Made by a program: the position numbers and the translations under genes. DNA of 64,000 nt, taken from Flaccisagitta enflata. Taxonomy: Eukaryota. The notes under the pieces are model-generated. The model had not been told where the DNA came from. It ran no database searches and worked only from the letters and a program-made list of their open reading frames with translations. Below are positions 56,261-64,000 of this stretch, one piece after another. Numbering within the stretch: position 1 is the first letter of the stretch; each line of letters begins with the position of its first letter. The stretch is taken from positions 17,422,001 through 17,486,000 of the forward strand of contig OZ231126.1 in the NCBI GenBank assembly GCA_965153355.1, written 5' to 3'.

Positions 56261-57369
56261 TTCGCTGTCGCTTTTCCTTCCGAATTCCCTGATGCATCAT
56301 CTCCTAGCTCCTTCGGGAGGGTCCATCGATAATGAAAACGATGTAATTAATCAAGCTTTGCCGCCATCGGCTAATTCCCCAGGGCAATCACCGGCCAATG
56401 ACATCGACTAATTCCCCAGGGCGATTCATGGCCAATGACGTTGGCTTATGCTAACGGATGACCCTTTTCCAATATCCTCTAGTTAGTTCCACCGCCGTTG
56501 CGCAGTTACGCCATTACGGCTATTGACGCAGCTACGGCATTGCGCCATTAAGGCTTTTTACGCAGTCACGTCGTCACGGAGTCCTCCAAAGCGAATATTT
56601 CCACATTCGTTGGTTCCAATTGCACATTGGAAGAGAAAATATTCATGAACATAACTGTATGTATATATTTGTTGGTGTATCTGCGCATGCGTACGACCGT
56701 GGTTCTGCCCATCCGTCCAATCATCGGTGAGTTCGTCTGTCTGTCTGTCTGTCTTTCTGACTGTCTGTCTGTCTGTCTGTCTGCCTGTCTGTCTGCGTCT
56801 GTCTCTGTGTCTGCTTCTGTCTGCCCGTCTGTCTGTCTGTCACTGTCAGTCACTCTGTCTGTCTGTCTGTCTGTCTGTCTGCGTCTGTCTTTCTGTCTGC
56901 TTCTGTCTGCTTCTGTCTGTCCGTCTGTCTGTCTCTATCAGTCCGTAAGTCAGTCAGTCTGTCTGTCTGTGTGTCACCCTGTCTGTCTCCCTGTCTTTCT
57001 CTCTGTCTATCTCTCTGTCTGTCCATCAGTGTAAAGCTTGTTACGCGTGTCTCACTTGTCACTTCAATTTTAACGAACATGTTTCTAAACCTTAGAATCT
57101 CAGACCCAGTTCTGGCCCGATTTGATCCTGTTTTTAAAGCAGCATGAAAACAAAACCAGCGTTTAACATCGAGTCACTAAATAAAGCACGAAAACAAAGG
57201 ACTGACAGGATGCCCCCAGCATTACCACACGAAGCCACGATAAACGACGCCTTTAATTGATTCTCTAGGAAATAGATTTGATATACGACGCCTTAAGGGG
57301 AAAGAGTGGTGAGTTATGAAAAATTATGAAAGCATAACGTTTTGTAGTATTCACTTTGCTGAATTCAAA

Positions 57370-58160
57370 TCTCTTGGAAATAGTTTTCTAGACCTCCAAT
57401 TAGCCTTCTCAGGACTGAAATCAGCCCTCTCAGGCCTCAGATTAGCACTTCCAGACCTCCAATCAGCCTTCTCAGACATGACCTCAGCCCTTTCAGAGCT
57501 CAAATCAGCTCCTCCAAACTTCAAATCAGCCTTCTCAGACAAGAAATCAGCCCTTTCAGGCCTCAAATCAGCTCTTTTCAGGCCCAAAATAAGCCCTCTC
57601 AGGCCCGAAATAAGCCTTCTAAGACCTGAAATCAGCTCATTCAGGACTCAAATCAGCCATCCTATGCCCAAAATCAACCCTCGCTGACCTGAATAAAGCT
57701 TTTGGGCAGCGGCCCCGAAGGGCATAAAGTCCTGTAGAACAAAGGGGGACTTTCAATTGATTGTCCATCCCCCCTCTCAGGCCCTAAATCTGCCCTCTCA
57801 AGCCTAAAATCCGCCCTCTCAGGCCTGAAATATGCCCTCTCAGGCCTGAAATATGGTCCCTCCGGGGCTGCTGCTCCATTAACCTCATTCTTCCTTGATG
57901 ATGATGACTAACAATGGGGCAATAGGAACCGCTGTCCATATGACGCTTGAGCGACCTGTTTTTTGGGCAGCGGCCCCGAAGAGAGGGCCTTCGGGGGCGG
58001 AAGGATGGAATGATGGACGGACAAACAAAAGTCACCCTGTGTTCTACAGGACTTCGTCCCCTTAGGGACTGCTGCTCTGCTTCCTTTTACTCCATTTTAC
58101 AATCATGCGAAGCAGGGCAACGGGTAATGCTGACCACATGTTGCCCTTGGGCGACCTGTT
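57370..58160 (+). mobile_element. Family B HINE-like elements and 21-bp minisatellite
   Basis: AAATCAGCCCTCTCAGGCC-type array at 57390-57690; subTIR-bearing copies at 57701-57960 and 57961-58160. Confidence 0.65.
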
Positions 58161-58167
58161 TTACCCT

Positions 58168-58270
<103 letters not shown>

Positions 58271-60344
58271 CACAAAGGCAAGCACAAAGGCAAGCAAAAA
58301 GATAAGCACAAATACAAGCTCATAAACAAGTTTTTAAGTAAGTGCGTCCTCGCACTTCTATCAGAGGTCATGTCCGTCCGTCCGTTGGTCGGTTGGTTGG
58401 TTGGTCGGTTGGTTGGTTGGTTGATCACACAAACGTTTAAAATGTGCAAAACGTCTTTCTTTATTCCTACCGCCTCCCATGCCTTACCACGCTTTCATAC
58501 TGTTGTTCATACATCCATTCATTCATTCATTCATTCAATCATTCATTAATTCATTCATTCATTCATAGGAAGAAGAAGAGAAAAAAAGGAGAAGAAGAAG
58601 AAGAGAAAAAAAAATGAAAAAAAAAACAAACGAAAAAACGAAAAAAAAAAAAACAAAACAAAAAGTTTTAGAAACCGACACATGTTTCATTCATTCATTC
58701 ATTCATTCATTCATTCATTCATTCATTCATTCATTCATTCATTCATTCATTCATTCATTCAAAACGTTCATTCACAAATTCCTAATCAAGTGAGGCGCAT
58801 TTATTGGCATTGTTTACGATTCATGATCGAAGGTGGATGGAATGGGAATGGTCGATTAGATAGCCTCTGAAAAGAAAAGAAAGAATGAAGACAGAAGGTC
58901 ACAATTTAGCTGCGGACGGGTGGGCAGTCCCCGATGCGCACATTTCCATATTCGTAAGTTACGGCTACACTTAATGTATATACTCAAAATAAACATTAAG
59001 AAGGAAAATCTATCTACGAGCCTCCGTGAAAATAACCATCCATCTATCCGTCGGTACGCCCGTCTATCTGCCTACCCTTGTGTCCGTCGGTTTGTCTGTC
59101 TGAGTATTCGGTTTGTCTGTGAGATTTTCCCACATTTCATGGCTAAGCTTAGACCCAGGTCTGGCCTTATTTGATCCTGTTTAGCAGCATGAAGACAAAG
59201 CCAGTGTTTACAATCAAGTCACAAAGGGCGTCTCTCTAGTCCCGACCAAAAACGCGTTTCTTCCCGTTAAATGCGTTTGACAGCATGAACACATATGCAT
59301 AAATCAAAACTGTTCCATAAGGGAGTGAGCGAGCCCACGAACAGAGCATAGCAGGGCGGACCTAGTGAGCGGAGTGAGCGGTGCGAGTGAGCAAACGCAG
59401 CGAGCGACTAAGTGACCCGTTCAAAACACAATTCAGTGAAATCCCGCTATAACGGATCTCAAGGGACTAACAAATTTTATGCGTTATTGCCGGATCGCGT
59501 TATTGCCAAAATGACTATCCCCGAGTATCTTATTTGCTATCCTCTGGTAACTACTGGGCTTTTAAAAAGAAACAGCCTTTTGTATTGCAGTCAAATGAAG
59601 CATTTTATTTTGAAAACGCGAAGATCTTGTTAACAAGTAACAAAGACGGGTGGGCAAGGGCCCACAACTCCCCTGCCGCCTTCTGTCAACACATATCATT
59701 TAATATGCTCATTTTCACAGATGTTTTATGAATGGACCATAAAAGGGATAAATTGACTTATGAACAATCTCAGAGTCGCGTCCCCAGTTTAAGATTTCAA
59801 ATCAAACAAGTGTGCCTTGAAATGAATATTTTCCCTTTTTTAGTTGTAGAAACACAATTTTATAAGAAGCTTTGTCCGTTGGTCCATTGGTCCATTAGTC
59901 AATCAGTTCATCATGCTCGAGTTAAAAACAAAAAAAATGATAAAGTGATAATGCAATTATTATTGTGTGGGTATGTGTGATGGGGGTGGGAGTGTGGTGA
60001 GGCTCCGGGTTGGATGCTTCTGCCCACTTGTCCGTAACAATATTGGGTTCCGCGTAACTTGTTTTAAATTGATCGAGTCAACGGTCAGATGCTCCAAAAT
60101 AATGGAGTCCCATTTAGCTCACACTGACACTGCAAGTTACATACACACACATATGAAACCATTTTCAAGTTCATGAAATAGGAATAACCCAATGACATTT
60201 TGAGTCCCTGTTTAACTCGATTTCTGCGCGAATATTTTTTATCTTTAATGAATTGGTTAAAGGTGCTGAGGGCAATTTTGCATGACTGGTGTACTCTATC
60301 TGTCTGTTTATCTGTCTGTCTGTCTGTCTGTCTCTCTGTCTCTC

Positions 60345-60433
<89 letters not shown>

Positions 60434-61047
60434 TCCTTCTCGCCCCTGCCAATTGATGATTTCGCGCTTCTTTTGTCTTTTGGCCGCCACCGTCTCTTAT
60501 TGGCGGAAGATTATAGGTCTGTGGACTGGCCAGTCCATGCGGTATTCTTGGATTTCTTGTTGTAGTTGGATCCGGTTTTATTGGATTCTTTTAACAAAGA
60601 AAGTTAAGAGAAATGGTAGGGACTTTCTCTTAGCACTCGTTATAGGTGGATTTCCGTTATTCTTGGATCCGGTATAGCGGGGTTTAACTGTTGTTATGAG
60701 TAGAAACAGACCCTAAATCAAGCGCGAAAACAAAGGAAAGCTTCACGACAAACAACGCCCTTATACATTAACTCGAAATTGTTTTTTGTTTGGATTTCTC
60801 GGCACCAATTAGAGAAATTTCTTGCTTCGCTATGTGTCTGTCTGTATGTCTGTGTCTGTGACAGACCTTTTACAGAGATGAAGAAAGCTAATATTAAGTA
60901 AACAGTACAATTCAAGGCTATTTCAAGGTTTAAGGTTCCGTTCGCGTTCAGAACTTTTTAATCCAAAGAAATTTGGTACAAAAACACACAATCTGTATGT
61001 AAAACAGTTGATGCGATTGGTTTACTGTCACGCTCTTGATAAAAGTA

Positions 61048-61222
61048 CAGTGGAACCCCGCGATAACAGCCTCGCTTTTAAAGGTTCCCCATTAATAAAG
61101 GTCAACATTTTGAGGTCCCAAATGGTAGTTTTTAATGTGATTTCACTTTCTTTAAGGGTTATCCTGAGATAAAGGTGAAAAATCTTCAGTCCCAATGGGA
61201 CCGATGACGCGGGGTCCCACTG
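61048..61222. mobile_element. pogo/Tc1-like MITE, TA TSD
   Basis: TA|CAGTGGAACCCCGCG...CGCGGGGTCCCACTG|TA; related degenerate copies at ~59434-59560 and 60563-60690. Confidence 0.8.
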
Positions 61223-61628
61223 TACCACGAAATGCAATTTATTGATAATGTTGACCACGTTAAATAATAATCAATCATGAGTAAGGTTGCAAAGAACTAT
61301 GTATAGGGTGGTTTTTTCATGTGGGGGAAAGTATAAAGACATCAAATTTTCATTATTAAATTTTAAGATCAACCAAAATCAGTTTATGGTTACAAACTAC
61401 TGGACATTTATTATTCAATTCAGGATAGTTGACGATTTACAATCCATGAGGTTTAGACCATTTTTTAACAATAATGAATTTTAAAGTTTTGCACAAATAT
61501 GACTTATTTTGGTCAAAATGTTGCAAACTATGTACAAGCAATGGCGATAGAATATGTTAAAATCAACTCTTCATCAAATATTCGTCAACTCTTTGTCATC
61601 GCTGCTTATCAGAATCGAAGCAATATAA

Positions 61629-61853
61629 GGGAGTGTTTCTACTGACGACAATAAACATGCTTCTTCCCTTTGAACGCGTTGACAGCATGAACATGTTTTC
61701 AAGAATTTAAAGTGTCTCATGAGAGAATGAGCAAAGTGAGTATGCAAGCTTTTGATTAGAGCAAGCAAGGAGAGGGTGAGCGGAGTGAGTGGTGCGAGCG
61801 AACAAACGGAGCGAGCTTTCAAAACGCGATTGTCTGTGACTAGAAACGCGCCC
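61629..61853. mobile_element. PIF/Harbinger-like MITE
   Basis: TAA|GGGAGTGTTTCTA...TAGAAACGCGCCC|TTA with GAGCG-rich interior; partial copy at ~59226-59430. Confidence 0.7.
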
Positions 61854-62312
61854 TTATTCTATCTAACTTGTCCGTTGAATCATTTGCCTTATCATTTGCC
61901 TTATCATTTGCATTATCATTGATATCAATCCCGCGCACGTTGTCTTGTTTTGCACCAACGCTGATTGGTCTTCGTCAATGAGCGGCTGCGATTCGTCCGA
62001 GCTCTGAGGAAATGAATGGAATCAACTAATCACTCAGGAGTCTCTCTGGCAGCGAGTGCCTTTTGCCTGGGACATCAAAGTGGTATCATTTACATTTAGA
62101 ATTTGATTCATTACTTGAAACTTTCCCCCTACCCTGCAAAACAACATGAATTAAATTGTAAACAAGGCAAAGTTAAGGCCACTACGTGCGCCTCGCCGAT
62201 AAAGAATGAATGATGAACGTTTTGATGATTGAACATTTGGAATGAATGAATGAGTTAATGCATGACTGAATGAACGACTAAATGAAAATGAAGCGGGAAT
62301 GCATGAGAGGTA

Positions 62313-62489
62313 CAGTTGAACCCCGCTCTTACGGATTTCAAGGGACCAATGACTTTTATATGTAAAAGGCAAAATTCTGTTATTACCAACATTAGCACTT
62401 TAAGAAAACTAGTTAAAAGGACCATGAATTTATATTTGTTATAGACAGAATTCTGTTGCTGGCGGGTCCGTTAGAGCGGGGTTCCACTG
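62313..62489. mobile_element. pogo/Tc1-like MITE, TA TSD
   Basis: TA|CAGTTGAACCCCGCTCTTACGGA...TCCGTTAGAGCGGGGTTCCACTG|TA. Confidence 0.88.
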
Positions 62490-62597
62490 TAACAGCAATG
62501 AAGAAAAACATCTGGATTGTCTCTTTTGTGCGGTTTTAAACTTCTGCATGACAGACAGACCGACCAACTGTTTGGTAAATACTTCAATGATGATTAA

Positions 62598-62857
62598 GGG
62601 TTTGTCTCTAGTGGCAGAAAACTACGTTTTTAACAGGCCACTCAGTCGCTTGCTACGTTTCTTCGCTCGCCCCCCTCACTCTACTCACTCGCTCCACAGT
62701 GCTTTGCTTTGCTACACTCGCTTGCTCCATTCACAGGCTCGCTCATTCAGTTCACTCACTCCCTCATGGGACGATTGAAATTCATGAATATGTGTTCACA
62801 CTGAAAACACGTTTAAGGGGAAGAAAAGCTTTTTTGGTCGACAGTATAAACACGCCC
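62598..62857. mobile_element. PIF/Harbinger-like MITE, TAA TSD
   Basis: TAA|GGGTTTGTCTCTA...TATAAACACGCCC|TAA; same family as 61629-61853, opposite orientation. Confidence 0.78.
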
Positions 62858-63466
62858 TAAGCCTTGGTTTTTCCTACTTGTGACTCCACTGGCGTTTCTT
62901 GGTTGATTCTGGAACCCCAGTAAAGTCCGTAGATGACGGCAATGAAAATGGCTACCACAATTAGAATCAATGTAGTAAGTACCCAAGGACTTATTTGTGT
63001 GGTTGGGAAGGTTTGTTCATCTTCTTTAGAAACGGGTGTTCAAATAAAAGCTGTTGGTAGTTTTTACTTTTGAAAGTGGTACAGTTGCTTACACTGAGCG
63101 AGAAAATATATGATTTTACCTGCGTCCTAGCTAATCCAAAGCCTTTATTTTCTCCTTAGTTAACTACTTTGCTCAATTCTAAATGCGGCGAAAATTTTTT
63201 TTCTATTTTATTTGAAACTGTTCTAGATAGTAAAATGATACTTAGATTATGAGGGAGGACGCCAAATCTTTAGCAAAGCTTCAGGATAGATTTAATATGT
63301 GTGTGTATGTTTTGTTAATCCTGCTCCAAAATTTGAAGGACTTAAAAAGAATATTGTCAATTGGATGCCTCCAAAATGTTGAACCTACTGAGTTCATGAG
63401 CAGAAAAATATCCCTGGATGAACCAGGACGTAGGCAAAACCCTTTATAGATGCAATGACAACATTT

Positions 63467-63682
63467 CTAGTTGCGGACACGCAACTCTATAAGAGGCTTT
63501 GTCCGTCTGTCCATCCGTCGGTCTGTCTGTTGGTAATAAATTGAGTCAAAAAGTGGGAAAACAAGTGTTTTGGATATTTTTGTGTATATTTGTGTGTGGG
63601 AGGTCGGGTTTTGGGTTTGGTTGGAGGTTGGATGCCCCTGCCCACCCGGCCGCAACAATGTTGTGACCCTGCATCACTTGTT
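63467..63682. mobile_element. Helentron/HINE-like family A element
   Basis: TAGTTGCG-GACA-CGCAACTCTATAAGAGG start (identical at 50051), GTCC tract, end GTGACCCTGCATCACTTGTT. Confidence 0.7.
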
Positions 63683-64000
63683 ATACTATAGCTGTCATTT
63701 CTAGGCACTTGCTTATATTTTTGTTCTGATATGGTGTGCTCTCTGACCTCTATGCGTTATCTCAAGTCTGGACAGAAAATACTGTACACAATGAAAAACT
63801 TTGTGTATTCAGCCGTACATATTACAGCTACAGTTTTTTTTTTTCTTTTGAACACCCGTTACCACCCTATAAATAGATACATATCATAATAAGTTCTTTC
63901 AAAAAATGCAGAGGAAACTTACTGTTTAAACACACTCCTGTTAAAAGCTCAATAGCTGGAAATTTCTTCTCTAACATATGCTTTAACACACTCTTGTTAA

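Overview
Eukaryotic, most likely invertebrate metazoan, genomic DNA. It is AT-rich and dense in microsatellites and non-autonomous transposons. I can support three coding loci, all on the minus strand. (1) An 8-exon LZTS/Fez1-family coiled-coil gene, 1202-30315, about 1069 aa, with all GT-AG junctions phase-compatible. (2) An intact 2-exon XK-related (XKR scramblase family) membrane-protein gene, 36884-40245, about 587 aa. (3) A disrupted paralogue of that XKR gene, 50476-52028, carrying a MITE insertion, a nonsense codon and two frameshifts. The rest is mostly mobile DNA: two 5'-truncated LINE fragments (one split by a MITE), long fold-back elements (hAT-like with 8-bp TSD; CAC-ended with 4-bp TSD), several TA-TSD MITEs that share an internal motif, PIF/Harbinger-like MITEs, a Helitron-like element with a 551-bp triplication, and two abundant Helentron/HINE-like families whose terminal hairpins co-vary. 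Most ORFs in the supplied track are microsatellite or TE artefacts. I saw no rRNA, tRNA or CRISPR. All family assignments come from motif recognition, not database searches.
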